A stretch of 62,943 nucleotides of DNA, counting the filler, from Octopus bimaculoides (taxonomy: Eukaryota), in NCBI RefSeq assembly GCF_001194135.2. It is 4 parts of 4 records of this genome, joined end to end, with 100 filler letters (N's around TTAATTAATTAA, not from the genome) between each part and the next. Parts side by side here need not be neighbours in the genome. Positions count along the whole stretch, not along the records: positions 1 to 23,653 come from NC_068990.1; 3 more parts are not named here. One strand, written 5' to 3'. Position 1 is the stretch's first letter. Every line of letters starts with the position of its first letter. A program made the position numbers and the translations under genes. The notes below the pieces were generated by a model, which was not told where the DNA came from, made no database searches, and worked only from the letters and a program-made list of their open reading frames with translations. Of this stretch, positions 1 to 13,641 are shown in pieces.

Positions 1-1721
1 TAGGGCAGCTGTGTCAAATTCTCTTATACACCAGATGTGCCATCAAAACTCTTGATTGGACCATGTCAGGTGGGGGAGAAGAGCCATGCAAGGAACGTGA
101 AAATCACGGTGGTGCACCAGCATGACCGCAGCCACTTGGCTGAAACACATAAATAAAAAAATTAAAAAATATATATATATATAGAAACATTGCTTGGAGG
201 AAGGTGGTAGTATTCCTTCTAATAACAGCAATAATAATAATGATAATAATAATAATAATAATAATGGTAGAAGCATTTCTCACATTGTAAACACCATTTT
301 GCAGCTTTGATGTGATGTATGCAATACTTAGCTGTTTTATCAGGATGAAAGTGAATCTAACCAGTTTACCTCAGGCGATTAAAAGTTTTCTTATGACACG
401 AGCAGGAAAATGAAATATCTGAATAAAGATCAAAAAATATAAAAGTATAAATCCTCGATCTTTATTTTATTGTAATTTCTTATCAAACTATTTAAAAAAA
501 GATATTCTTTTCATTTTCTACCTTTTATTTCATATTTGTATATGTGCAAACATGTTTTCACTATCTATCTATCTGCTGTCAATCTGTTTGTCTGTCTGTC
601 TACCTGTCCGTTTGTTTATTTATCTGCCTGTCTTTATCTGTCAGTCTGCCTGTCCATCCATCAATCCATCCATTCATCCATCTGTCCGTCTGTACAGGAT
701 TTACTATCACTCGATAGTAAATCAAAATTCCATAAACACTATCTGTAATTCTGTATTGACTCGATTGGAAAAATGAATCACTCAAGAAGGAATTCAGTTT
801 GAATAATTCTTATGATGTTTCATATTAAGATGCTTTTATTAAATTTATTCAGTTGACAGTAATTCACCTGACAGTAATTCATATTTATGTTGACATAAAT
901 ATGAATTACTGTCAGGTGAATTTTGGCCAACCCTAGAGAGAGTGAGAGAGAGAGTGAGAGAGAGAGAGAGTGAGAGAGAGAGAGAGAGTGAGAGATATGT
1001 ATGTATGTATGTATATACATATATATATATAAAATTTAAATAATGAGAAAATGGAGAAAACTTTTGATCAAAAATCAAGCAAATTGAACCACATCGGTTG
1101 ATTATTTTTTAATACAAAAAACATGACATAACATTTCTTACAGCCGTTTCCACTTCCAATGTTAATCAGTGCTTACGAAAGAAATTTCGAAAATAGAATA
1201 CATCATCTTCCTAGTACTTTCAGTCTAGTATATGGAGCTTCATCAAAATGAATGCAAAAACATAAAATAAAATATATATGTTGTGGCACTCCGTTGGTTA
1301 CGCATTTAAATGAATTTTGTGGTGGAGGCAATAAATTATGGTATATCTGTATATCATAGCTCTGTTATTCATGTTTTTATATTATATAGTGATTTCAAAT
1401 ATATGTGCACAGCTAAAATTTTTGTAAAAGAGATACATTTGATTATATCTACCTCCGTACTTAACTGGTACTTTACTTCATCAACCATTGCAGACTGAGA
1501 GGCAAAGAAAATTTTGGTAGAAATTGAGCTAAGAATGCAAAAAGATAAAAGAGAGAAAAAAAAAAAACAAATAAAAGTTCATAGCACAAAGTATTTTGTC
1601 TGAAACGCTAACGGTTCTACCAATCCATTACTCTTATGTCTTTTTGGATAAAATAAAAATATAAACAGTTTTCCTTATGATTATATTTTGCGTCATTTCA
1701 TCTATATGTGTATATATATAT

Positions 1722-2085
1722 GTGAAGGTGCATGGCTCAGTGGTTAGAGCATTGAACTTATCATTGTGAGGTTGTGAGTTCGATTCCTAGACCGGGCTGC
1801 ATGTTGTGTTCTTGAGCAAGACACTTTATTTCACATTGCTCTAGTTCACTTGGCTGTTAGAAATGAGTTACGGTGTCACTGGTGCCAGGCTGTATCAGCC
1901 TTTGCCTTTCCCTTGGATAACATTGGTGGCATGGAGAGGAGTGACTGGTATGCATGGACAACTGCTGGTCTTCCATAAGAACAACCCAAGGTTGCGTGTT
2001 CGCTGGTGAGGCAAATTTCTGCCCAGACTTGTACCTCGGAGGGGAAACGCTTAGGTGCACCAATGGTCATTCATGACCGACGGAG
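1722..2085 (+). mobile_element. tRNA-derived SINE family D (further copies ~12845-13150 -, 61305-61520 +)
   Basis: tggctcagtggttagagc..gagttcgattcc head followed by ttgtgttcttgagcaagacac core. Confidence 0.8.
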
Positions 2086-2093
2086 TAGAGTTT

Positions 2094-2126
<33 letters not shown>

Positions 2127-2650
2127 ATAAATATATGTATATAAAGGAAAATAGATGAAGAAATGTTAGTTTGAAGTATCAGGAAATAATATTTATTTGT
2201 TTAATGTATTGCTAAATTATCAAAGATTGGTCTATTCATCTTCATATGATATATTTGATCAGTCTGTAGCAATTCCACTTCACAAGAAACTTACAAATTT
2301 TATTATTTCTTACATTTTTTTTGGCTTTAAAGCTATTTGTTGCTTTGATTTGCTCAAGTATTTATACTTTAATTTATTTCCTGTACAAGACTCAGCAAGT
2401 GATACATTTGTAGTCTGCACAAGTGTGACATTTTATGTGTCAGTATGGTAAACTGTTGAGTAATTCTTTGATCTTTGACTATCTTTGATTTCTAGCTTTC
2501 TGCTAAAGTCTTTCATGATGACATAACAGCTCTTAAAATATTCACAGCTGCTCTCATCTGAGACTCTTAGCACTATTGACAGAACAAGTCTAAATTCTGT
2601 TGTTTAATACAGGTAGCATCACATCACTACCCTTGGCATCATTGTTGTAT

Positions 2651-2830
2651 GACGATGATGACAACGACAACGATGATGACGAAGATGATGACGATGACGA
2701 TGACAATGACGACGACCACCACCACCGCAACCACAACCACCACCGCTATCATCATTACCATTATCCCCCCACCACCATCATCATCATTATCATCATCATC
2801 ATCATCATCATTACTGTCTTCATCATCAGT
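2651..2830. repeat. Compound trinucleotide microsatellite (GAT/GAC/CAC/CAT); representative of many TA, CA, AAT, CAA and GA tracts
   Basis: Direct reading; explains the poly-D/H/I ORFs in the track. Confidence 0.95.
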
Positions 2831-4924
2831 AACAGCATCGCTCATGTTAATATCTGTTGATCCTTAAGGCGTCAAGCTGGTAGAACTGTTAGCAGCATTT
2901 CATTCATCTTTACACTCTGAGTTCAAATACTGCAGAGATCTACTTTACCTTTAATCCTTTCAGAGTCAATAAAATAAGTACCAGTTGAGCACTGGGTTTG
3001 ATGTAATTGACTTAACCCCTCCCTCAAAACTTACTGGCCTTGTGCTAACATTTGAAACCAATATCTGTTGATCTTATGCCATTACTCCTGAATGAAGCAA
3101 CTAGTTCTTCATTGTGCTCTTTCAACATCACAAATCATCATCTAAGGTCATGTGACCAGCCACCACTATGTCAGAAAGGAAACTGGCATTGTTTCATTCT
3201 TCAGCAGAGAGACATCTAGAGCTCTATAAGACAATCTTCTGGAAACCATTATTGATCATGTAATTCTTAAGACAGTTTTATGATGTGGTTTGATGAATAG
3301 CATCCAGTAATGTAATTTCCTTGGTAAAATCATATACTTTTATATCTAGATGACTTTATACATTAAGAATAAGTTTTTTTTTTGTGTTTTTTTTGTCTGT
3401 CCAAGGTAACTATATAAAAGCATTTCAGATATTTTATAATGATTTCCTGTTGCTACTGCTTTTGTTGTTGTTGTTGTCGTCATCATCATTGTCATTAGCC
3501 TCATGTTAACCTAGATCAAGTACATCTGTGATGAAATACTTACTGGGAATGACCATCCCATCTTTTGAGAGATCTGTAATTCTTTTTCTTAAACAATCTG
3601 GAGAGATAAAATGATGACAATCAAAGCCAGGAATGATTTAATCGCCCTAGAAGGTTCTCACACTTATCAAGGAGCTTCCCTAGTTCAGATCTTCCTGGGT
3701 CACAATGACAGCAAGGCCAGTATGTCTAAGTGACACAACTGGGTACAGGAGTTACTGAGCGAGTCAGCAGTCTTAGACTGAAAAGCTTTCATGGAGCTCT
3801 TCGTACATTTATAAGTTTGATGGATGGTCGTAGATTCCTTTTTGAATTCATCATGTCAACTACGCAATTTCACTATAACCATGAAACATAAAAACCTGCC
3901 TAATAATTTTGGCCAAACAAATTGAGTTGACAATTACATCTGATGCTCTCAAGCTGGCAACTCACATTTCAATATAAACCACAAACAGGTTTACTGTAGA
4001 CATTATATGATTGCATAGAGAGCAGCATCCTCTCTGCAGCTTGCTAACCTCTCCTCAGTAACATTGTTAAGCAACTAATTTTGTATATTATCTTCAGTGC
4101 TTTCTTATTGGTACCCAGAACACGACCACTGCAGTTTTATGTGATTTTAAACTTCTCTTAATGCACAGAACCCTCTCTTGACTTAACATAGCTGTGGTAA
4201 TGTTTATTAGTACACTTTCAAGTGAACTAAAGCTGTTTCTAATTTTCTGATGTTCCAGAAGCCAACCAGTGCTGGAGAGATGGGTGTTACCTTTTAACAA
4301 TAAAATATTCATATCAATGATGCAAAGGAATGCTTATGCCAGCATACAAATATTAGCAATAACAGCAATTAATATTGAAGATATATTGGAGAGAGTATCC
4401 TGTTGCAGGATGCCTAGATGACAGTAAATCAGACACAAGAATTGAACTGAAAGTAATTCAGAAGTGGACATAACTTTTTAGCATATTCACCAATAATTAT
4501 TATAATCTGTCCCCAGAGAAATTATATATATAGTCAATACAAGTGAGGATCTCACTAAATCAGAAACTTTGATTTGCATAACTGATGCCTTTTACTAGCA
4601 ACTAGATCAATTAGCTTTATCTTTCAACTCTCCAAAGTTGATAAAATTAGCATTACATTACATAATGTAAGAAAATATTTTATTTTGCTCTGTTTAGCTG
4701 TATATGACTGAAATGCCTATACAATGAAAGGCATTTGCATTATAAGTGATCGATTATGAGATTTCAATATTTGTTTGGAGTAAGGTATTATGGCAATGTT
4801 ACACATAGTGGATTATATCAAGTAACATGAATTACATGTTTTCCTCATGTAACTCTTTTGTGTTCACCTAATTTGCATATGTTCCACTAAGTGCAAGCTA
4901 ATTCTAAATTATTATGTATTAGCA

Positions 4925-5330
4925 CAGCCATGGCTGTGTGGTTAAGAAACTCACTTTGCAATCATATAGTTTCAGGTTCAGTCTCACTGCATGGCACCTT
5001 GAACGAATAGTTTCTATCATACTATAACCTTGGGCTAAACAAGTTTCTTGTGAGTGAATCTGGTTGATGCAAACTGTGTAGAAGCCTGTCATATATGGTT
5101 ATATAGAAATATATGTGTGTCTTTCTGCTTGTATGTGTCCCAACTTCACAGTTTAACCACTGATGTTGGTTTGTTTATATCCCCATAGCTTAGTGGCTTG
5201 GCAAAACAGACCAGTTGAATAAATAGCAGATTTTAAAAATAAAAACTGGAGTCAATTTGTTTGATTAAAACCTTCAAGGCAATGCCCTAGTGTGGTTGCA
5301 GACCAATAAGAAAAGCATGTAAAAAATAAA
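4925..5330 (+). mobile_element. Family A SINE, diverged
   Basis: Colinear similarity to 7772-8142. Confidence 0.8.
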
Positions 5331-5932
5331 AGATATATGGATTATATCAATTAACATCAATATCTTGTTTTACTATCAGAGTACATTTTATGTACACCTA
5401 ATTTACATATGTTACACTAAGTCCAAGCTAATTTTCAACTATTATGTACTGGCATGACAGTTGTTTAATTTATCCCTTATGAAGGTTTTCCACTTCCTTT
5501 TTATTTATTTTTTTTTCCATTTATCCAAACTTAACCAGATTCTTAAATTCTGCCAATGGCTTTCCCACTTTGTATTACTCTACGATAACTAAGGTCACAA
5601 AGTTTAAGAAAAGCCTAATTGTGTCAGTCACAGACGAATATGTTCAACAATGAAAATAACAAATTGGTGTCTATTCATCACTTAATTCAAAACTATCTTT
5701 TCACAAATTTTTATCTACAATAAAAATTTATTTATTGAAGAATTTTATTACACAATAAACATTAAGATAAAAATACACTAGTATCTGAACTTTGGTGGTC
5801 TTTAATTCATTGTAACAATAAGAAAATCTGAATACATTTTATTCTTTCGACATTGATTGCTTGTAAACTTAAAGTATTGATTGTTGTTATTTAAACATAA
5901 TAAAAACCAAAAGCTTCCATGATTATTTTATG

Positions 5933-6330
5933 AGGCTGTGTGGTAAGAAGCTTGCTTTCCAACCACATGGTTCCAGGTTCAGTCCCACTATGTGGCACTT
6001 TGGGCAAGTGTCTTCTACAATAACCTCAGCCAACCAAAGCCTTGTCAGTGGATTTGGTAGACGGAAACTGAAAGAAGCCCATTGTATATATGCATATATA
6101 TAAACCAATGAGTGTGTGTCTTTGTGTCAGTGCTTGTCCAGCCACACCACTACTTGACAACTGGTGCTGGTGTCTTTACCTCCCTGTAACTTAGTGGTTC
6201 ATCAAAAGTGACTGATAGAATAAGTACCAGGCTTAAAAAGTAAACAAGTACTGAGGTCGATACATTCAGCTAAAAGTTCTTCAAGGCAGTGCTCCAGCAT
6301 GGCCACAGTCTAATGACTGAAACAAGTTAA
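5933..6330 (+). mobile_element. Family A SINE; another head follows at ~6365-6530
   Basis: Colinear similarity to 7772-8142. Confidence 0.85.
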
Positions 6331-6552
6331 AAAACAAAACAAAGAAAAATCAAAGGTGGAAGTACGACTGTGTGGTTTAGAAGTTCACTTCCTAATCATG
6401 TGGTTTCAGGTTCAGTTCAAATGCATGGCATCTTGGGCGAGTTTAAGGCTATGTAGCTCTGGGCTGAGCAAAGACTTGTGAAGTGAGTTGGTAGATAGAA
6501 ATGGAAAGAAGCCTGTTTATGCATATCGGTGTGTGTATGTCTATGCCTATAA

Positions 6553-6598
<46 letters not shown>

Positions 6599-7118
6599 CA
6601 ATAATAATGATAATGGAACTATTGTGTATAGTGCTCAGGTGCACTACAACTCATCAAAGGTGCATGTACAGTACATAGAATTATGTACAAAAGTCATGTC
6701 ACTTGGTTTCAGTCTTCTGTGAAAATATGTCCTTAGCAACCGTGCCCCAATATAGTCTCATCCGGCCCATGTGAGCAACAAAAAGTAGGCATGAAACAAC
6801 AGGGATGACAATAACGACCGCAACAACAACAACATAGACATAGACATATATCTTGTTGACACCATAAAAATCTTTTAAACTTTCATGAGAATGTGAAATG
6901 ATTCCTTTTTGAAATAGTATAAAATCTCAAACACACTTAAGGCTATAAATAATAGTATATAAATTACTGGGTTGGTAAAAAAAAAAACTTTTTAGATAGA
7001 AAAACTCAATATTGATTTCTCACTTAATTATAAAGCTTTAGTCAACCTAATATTTGCTTGCTGTTATTTATAGCTTTATGTCTTTGCTTCCAAGTATGCT
7101 ACTCCAAAAAGGATATAT

Positions 7119-7150
<32 letters not shown>

Positions 7151-7771
7151 TATATATATATATATATACATATATACATACATATATATACACACACACA
7201 CACACATATGTGTGTGTGTATGTATGTAATTAGAAGCAGCTTGAGGTATGTAAACAAAATTGAACGCACATACACAAGATATGTGTGTTGTTAGTTCGTG
7301 GGTTGGCTGTGACTTCTAGGTGTAAGAGAATATATCCTCTACACTCCAGGTACATAAAGAATACATTCTCTTGTGCTTAAAAACTGCAGTCAACCCATGA
7401 ACTAACAACACACATACCTTGTGTATGTGTGCTTGATTTTGTTTATATATATGTAGAAACTCTGCCAAATTAGACTGGAGCCTGGTGTAGCCATCCGGTT
7501 GCACCAGTCCTCAGTCAAATAGTCCAACCCATGCTAGCATGGAAAGCGGACGTTAAACGATGATGATGATGATGATGATGATGATGATATATATGTATAT
7601 ATATTGGCAGTAAATCATAAATCTAAAAGAGAAGCATACTCTGAGTTATAGAGCAGTAATTAGATAAAGTAATTAGATAAAGTAATTAGATAAAGCTAGT
7701 TATGACTGGTCTATGGGGTTGCCCTTGATTTCATGTCCATAAAATGCTTAGCTTTATGGTATTTCTTCTCT

Positions 7772-8142
7772 GGTAAGTAGCTTGCTAACGAACCACATGG
7801 TTCCGGGTTCAGTCCCACTGCGTGGCACCTTGGGCAAGTGTCTTCTACTATAGCCTCAGGCCGACCAAAGCCTTGTGAGTGAATTTGGTAGATGGAAACT
7901 GAAAGAAGCCCGTCGTATATATGTATATATATGTATGTGTGTGTATATGTTTGTGTGTCTGTGTTTGTTCCCCCTAACATCGCTTGACAACCGATGCTGG
8001 TGTGTTTACATTCCCGTAACTTAGTGGTTCAGCAAAAGAGACCGATAGAATAAGTGCTAGGCTTACAAAGAATAAGTTCTGGGGTCGATTTGCTCGACTA
8101 AAGGTGGTGCTCTAGTATGGCTACAGTCAAATGGCTGAAACA
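7772..8142 (+). mobile_element. tRNA-derived SINE, commonest family in the window (family A)
   Basis: tggtaagtagcttgct..ggttcagtcccactgcgtggcaccttgggcaagtg..internal TA/TG tract..aataagt..cagtcaaatg. Many related copies in the window. Confidence 0.9.
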
Positions 8143-8190
8143 GGTAAAAGAGTATATATACACATACACATACACACGCTCATGCACACA

Positions 8191-8224
<34 letters not shown>

Positions 8225-8664
8225 CACACATTTTGTTAAGTGCTTGGTGTTAGGAAGCTGTAGAAACCAAGCCAAAGCATAGAACCTAATGGAGCCCTCT
8301 GGCTTGTTGGTCCTCATCCAACCCATCAAACCCATAGCAGGATGAAAAAGGGATGTTATGGATGATGATGATATATAAGACTATGTATCTAACTTAATGT
8401 ATATATATTCTGTTGGTAGGCCAGTTACTGTGGTATCGCTAATGGACTAGCTGTGTTCAAAACAATAAATATCAGAAGAAGATGAGAATTCATCCCCAGC
8501 AATTGTCAGAGAAACCCTAGCTGCATTTCAGTCTTTTGAATTTTTTTTTCAATGGCACATACTCAAAGACAGTCATATGCTCGTATGATGATTTGTTTGG
8601 TTCCAGTATAGAAAACTACATTATTTACAATGGATGGATAGGGGTCCTCATCTCGTTTGTTGTT

Positions 8665-8710
8665 ACCACAACGTTTCAGCTGATGTACTCTCCAGCCTTC
8701 ATCAGGTGTT
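8665..8710 (-). ncRNA. Minimal type I hammerhead ribozyme motif
   Basis: Minus strand reads aacac-CTGATGA-a-GGCTG gagagtacat CAGCT-GAAA-CG-TT-gtggt: stem I aacac/gtggt (one mismatch), stem II GGCUG/CAGCU, loopless palindromic stem III (ACGU), GUU cleavage triplet. Confidence 0.62.
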
Positions 8711-9288
8711 CTGATGGAATTTCAAATCCAACCCTTTATTTGACTAATGGCATACTCTGTTCTCATTCTGAATTTATTCTTTTTTTCTTGCTAATGTTAT
8801 TTTCTGATGATATTATTTCCCCAAGTCTCTGCCTGGGATTGAACTCAGAATCTGAGGATTAGTAATCTGCACGCTTATCCACTATGTTATATGCCTGTAG
8901 GTAATTATAGAGTGAATTTTTGGGCTTATAAACCTAATATTTTATCTTTTCTTAATATCGGTTCCCATATTACATTCTTATCTGCACTAGATCTGCTTAG
9001 GAAGTTTTTGTGTCCTAGAATATGTGCTGCCTCTTTTAATTTTCATATTTTCCAGTAGTGTTCTCTGTTTATTATTTTAACTTCATCACACTATAATTGC
9101 CTGTGGGCATATAGTGTAGTGGATAAGAGTGTGAGCTACTAACCCTCAGATTCCAAGTTCAATCCCAGACAGGAACTTGGGAAATAATATCAACAAAAAA
9201 TAACATCAGCAAAATAAAAGAATACCATAGGAATGAGAACAGAGTACTCCATTAGTTAAATAAAGGGTTGGGTTCGAAATTCCACCAG

Positions 9289-9334
9289 GACACCTGATGA
9301 AGGCTGGAGAATACATCAGCTGAAACATTATGAT
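9289..9334 (+). ncRNA. Degenerate hammerhead ribozyme motif (second arm)
   Basis: gacac-CTGATGA-aggctggagaatacatcagct-GAAA-CATT-atgat. The core is intact, but stems III and I are damaged by G>A changes. Confidence 0.45.
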
Positions 9335-9489
9335 AACTACAAACAAGGTGAGGACACCTATCCATCCATTGTAAATAATGTACATGATTCATCATCTCAA
9401 AAATATAGAATAGTATATTAAGAAACAGTGTATAAAACATTCCCTGATGTGGCAAATAGCTGCTGAGTTGTTTACCAGATAGAGTATTC

Positions 9490-9680
9490 ATCATCATCAT
9501 CATCGTCGTTTAACGTCCACTTTCCATGCTAGCATGGGTTGGACGATTTGACTGAGGACTGGTGAAACCGGATGGCAACACCAGGCTCCAATCTGATTTG
9601 GCACAGTTTCTACAGCTGGATGCCCTTCCTAACGCCAACCACTCCGAGAGTGTAGTGGGTGCTTTCACGTGCCACCCGCA
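9490..9680 (-). mobile_element. Short retroposon tail ending in (GAT)n, probably an RTE 3' end or RTE-mobilised SINE (further copies ~7452-7590, 19350-19475, 41695-41880)
   Basis: ..ccaacccatgctagcatggaaagcggacgttaaacgatgatgatg, recurring. Confidence 0.78.
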
Positions 9681-9697
9681 AGAGTATTATGCTCCTT

Positions 9698-9915
9698 AAC
9701 GGTGCCAAGCTGGCAGAATCATTAGCACACCAGGAAAAATGCCCAGCAACAATCTGCCCATCTTTACATTGTGAGTTCAAATTCCACTGAGGTCGACTTT
9801 GCCTTTTATCCTTCCTGAGATCAATAAAATAAGTACACGTTGAGCACTGGGGCCAATGTAACTGACTTACTCTCTTACCCAAAAGTTCTGGCATTGTGCC
9901 AAAATTAGAAATCAG
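9698..9915 (+). mobile_element. tRNA-derived SINE family B (further copies ~2866-3060 +, 15245-15435 -, 24335-24548 -, 32772-32975 +, 45530-45700 +)
   Basis: gagctggcagaatc..gagttcaaattcc..gaggtcgactttgcc..aataagtac..gagcactgggg..ggccttgtgcc, recurring. Confidence 0.82.
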
Positions 9916-9960
9916 TTGAAACCAATATCATGCTCTTTAGTTAGTCCTGATATTCTTTTA

Positions 9961-10335
9961 TTGGTTTCAGTCATTTGACTGTGGCCATGCTGGAGTACCA
10001 CATTTAGTCGAACAAATCGACCCCAGGACTTATTCTTTGTAAGCCAAGTACATATTCTATTAGTCTCTTTTGCTGAACAGCTAAGTTATGGAGACATAAA
10101 CACACCAACATCAGTGTCAAGCAATGGTGAGGGGAAAAACACAGACACACAAAAACATACATATAAATATATACGGCGGGCTTCTTTCAGTTTCTGTCTA
10201 CTAAATCCACTCAGAAGGCTTTGATTGGCCTGAGGCTATAGTAGAAGACACTTGCCCAAGGTGCCACACAGTGGGACTGAATCCAGAACCATGTAGTTCG
10301 TAAGTAAGCTTCTTACCACATAGCCACATCTGCAC
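9961..10335 (-). mobile_element. Family A SINE
   Basis: Reverse-complement similarity to 7772-8142. Confidence 0.88.
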
Positions 10336-10694
10336 CAGTATAATTATATATCTACTTTAATGCATATACTCCAAGCAATTGTCTATACATTTATTCTACA
10401 TAATGTTTTGATAATTTATATCATTCTAAACTTTTGTGAATTGAGCCCTTAAGGTAGATTCTGTGTAGAAAAAAAATTCTTGCTGTATTTTGAGAACTAT
10501 TTATGCTTATAGTTCTATGCAGAGATTAAATCTGTATATATTGAAGAATTTTGTTGAGAAAAAAAGAAAATCAGGTTTTGAAATAACTTCAATTTGATAT
10601 TTACACTTTGTGGTTTTATGCACTCCATGTCATGGTTATTTATAACCTAGTTGTAAAATCTGAATATCTTTTATTTGCTTCCCAGATGCATTCT

Positions 10695-10739
<45 letters not shown>

Positions 10740-13597
10740 NNNNNNNNNNAGTCAGGTGTGTGTGTGTGTTCTTTTCCCTTCAATTCAGCAGTTTGTTCTG
10801 AAAATTTTGTAATGAGTACGTCTTTCATATGCTTTAGACAGAAATAATTCCCATTGGCTGTTGAATTTGAAAAGTTAGTTTTATGAAAACTTACCAAATC
10901 ATTTATAAGCATATTTCCACTAAAATATATATCTTTATTTTATTTATTATAGTTATGAAATATTATTTTTATTCTATCAAATCATTTTATAGAAGTCATT
11001 CAATTTACTTTTTTAATATTCTGTTTCCTCCATTTTATGAATTTTGATTGATATTGATTTCTGACTTAAATACAAATAAAACTTTAGTCAACAGAATCAA
11101 CTAAATATTATTATTATTACATAACTGGTATTAATTTTATTGAGTTCTGAAGACAGTGGGGAGAATGAAAAGTTGACTCTAGTGAAATATGAAGTCACAA
11201 CGTAGGATAAAATTAAGTACTTCATCACATCTACATAATATAGAGTAGTATTGAATTTTTTACTTATCTTTACATTTAGTCTAGGGATCCAATTCTGATC
11301 TATGTATGGTATGGCTTGCTGTCAATAAATAAATGCATACCATAAGGCCCAATACAGTGATTTGCTTGGCGCTCTATAGTGCTCTGTCTATGACCAAAGT
11401 GATTAGCTTCATAATACTATGTCATTTTATATGTGATGTCAACCATTCTCAGAACTGACCATATCCCACATTATGTTTCTTTCTTTGACTCCAACAACCA
11501 GACGTATATCCTTTGAGTGCACAGTTTTGCCATGTGAAAGTGTGCCATTCAGATACATACACACCAACTACATTAATTGCTGTAATTTGGCCAAAAGGTA
11601 AGGTAGTTTCTAATTAATCACTTAACCTGCAAGAAATAACAGTGAAATTTTCTTCATATTACACCAAACTGTCTTTAAAATACGGTACCACATATTCGAT
11701 AAAGTATTTATAATATAAGATGTGGTGGTCAACATCTGGAATGCCTTTCATCTTAGGTCTACATAAACAGAGCTGAGCTATTATTAAACAACAGCAACCA
11801 CCTACATTAACATAAACATCGCTCTTGCATGAATTGGTGAATGGCTTTCGTGTCCAGCTGTATTCTCATCTCACTTCTGCTTTCTCTTTCTGTCATGTAA
11901 GACTGATGTTGAATATTACTTTCAATAGATTTCACTTAAATCATTTCTTTCTCTGGAACCTACGAATTTTGTGCCCAGCCTTAATTCCATGCAATCTCCT
12001 GTTCTTTATACATACCTCATATAAACTGCCTTTCATGTGGAGTCAAAAAATATAAATTTTTTGCTTGTTTGCTACTTGTATTCTCATGTAATTTCTCTTC
12101 TGAAGAAGTCTGTTAACTACACACTCACCAAAAGTATTTGTTCTGTATCAATTTTCCTTTTGCACATTCACTATTTACATTTAGCTGTGATAACACTGAT
12201 TCAGCATATTTTCTTCTAGTTGGGTAGGAGTACTTTCCTTGCTGTAAGAGATTCTGAAAATTATATCTGTTAAATTTACCAGGAAATTTTCAACAATATA
12301 TTATGAAAAAAATCAATAAATGGAAAGATAGCGTGGACCAACAAAGAAAATAAATTTGTTCTAATAGCCATATAAATATGACAGTGGTAGGAATTGATGC
12401 ATATGTATTGGTATGAAGCCAGGTAGACTTGTATGATGAATGTACTTAGTAGATAAGGTGACAACCTACTAGCTGAAGTGCTGATGGTGTGTATTCTACC
12501 ACAAGCAACTGTTGTATGGTATCCTTGTGGTCAATACTTTCACCACACATTACAACAATTTGTCTGGCTATGAAATGGATAGTACATTTTGAATAGGACT
12601 GTATCAAGAGCAGAAGTTATAAATACAATCAGTATACAATACAGAAGTGAAAATTGCTTATAGGAGCAGACATGACTGTGTGGTAAGACATTTGATTGTT
12701 TGATTCCCAGTCACATGGTTCTGGGTTCAGTTCCACTGTGTGGAATCTTGGGGAAGTGCCTTTTAGCCCCTGACCATCCAAAGTATTGTGAGTGTACTAG
12801 GTCGGCAGAAACTGAAAGAAGCCCACTGTGTATATATAAGGTAAAGACTCCCTTTGGTCATGAATGACCATGAGATTGCACTCCGAAAGTTCCTTTCCAA
12901 GGCACAAGTCTGGGCAAGGTTGTTTATAGATGACCAGCAGTCGCCCATGCATACCAGCCTCCACTCTCCATGCAACCAATGTTATCCAAGGGAAAGGTAA
13001 AGGCCAATACAGCTTGACACCAATGACATTGCAAATCATTTCTACAAATGAATGAACTGGAACAATGTGAAATAAGGTGTCTTGTTCATGAACAGCACAG
13101 CATGGTACAGGAATTGAACTCGCTACCTCATGATTGTGATCCTAACACTAGCATGATAGACTCGGCTATGTCAAGATGGATTCATGTATTCTTCCTCCCA
13201 CTTGGATTTTTATGTATTCTTTCTCCCACTTGGATTTGAAACATTGCCACAATTATAATATGTCTATTCTACTGTAATTTTCTGCATTTTCGTGCAGCTG
13301 AAGATTGCTCTTCATATTGCATTTAATGTAATGCTCTCATTACTTAAATAAATGGAGTAGCATGAAACGTGCGTACTGCAATCATCTTTGAAATCTGTGT
13401 TGCTTATTTTGATTTTTTATATATATATATATATATATATNNNNNNNNNNNNNNNNNNNNNNNNNNNNNNNNNNNNNNNNNNNNNNNNNNNNNNNNNNNN
13501 NNNNNNNNNNNNNNNNNNNNNNNNNNNNNNNNNNNNNNNNNNNNNNNNNNNNNNNNNNNNNNNNNNNNNNNNNNNNNNNNNNNNNNNNNNNNNNNNN

Positions 13598-13641
<44 letters not shown>

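Larger units (their letters stand above)
8617..9382. mobile_element. Foldback element: two inverted ~295-bp arms, each a tRNA-like head + A-rich linker + hammerhead-bearing Penelope-type tail
   Basis: 8617-8908 is the diverged reverse complement of 9085-9382, with a ~176-bp spacer. Heads carry A/B-box-like motifs; tails carry CTGATGA...GAAAC. Confidence 0.75.
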
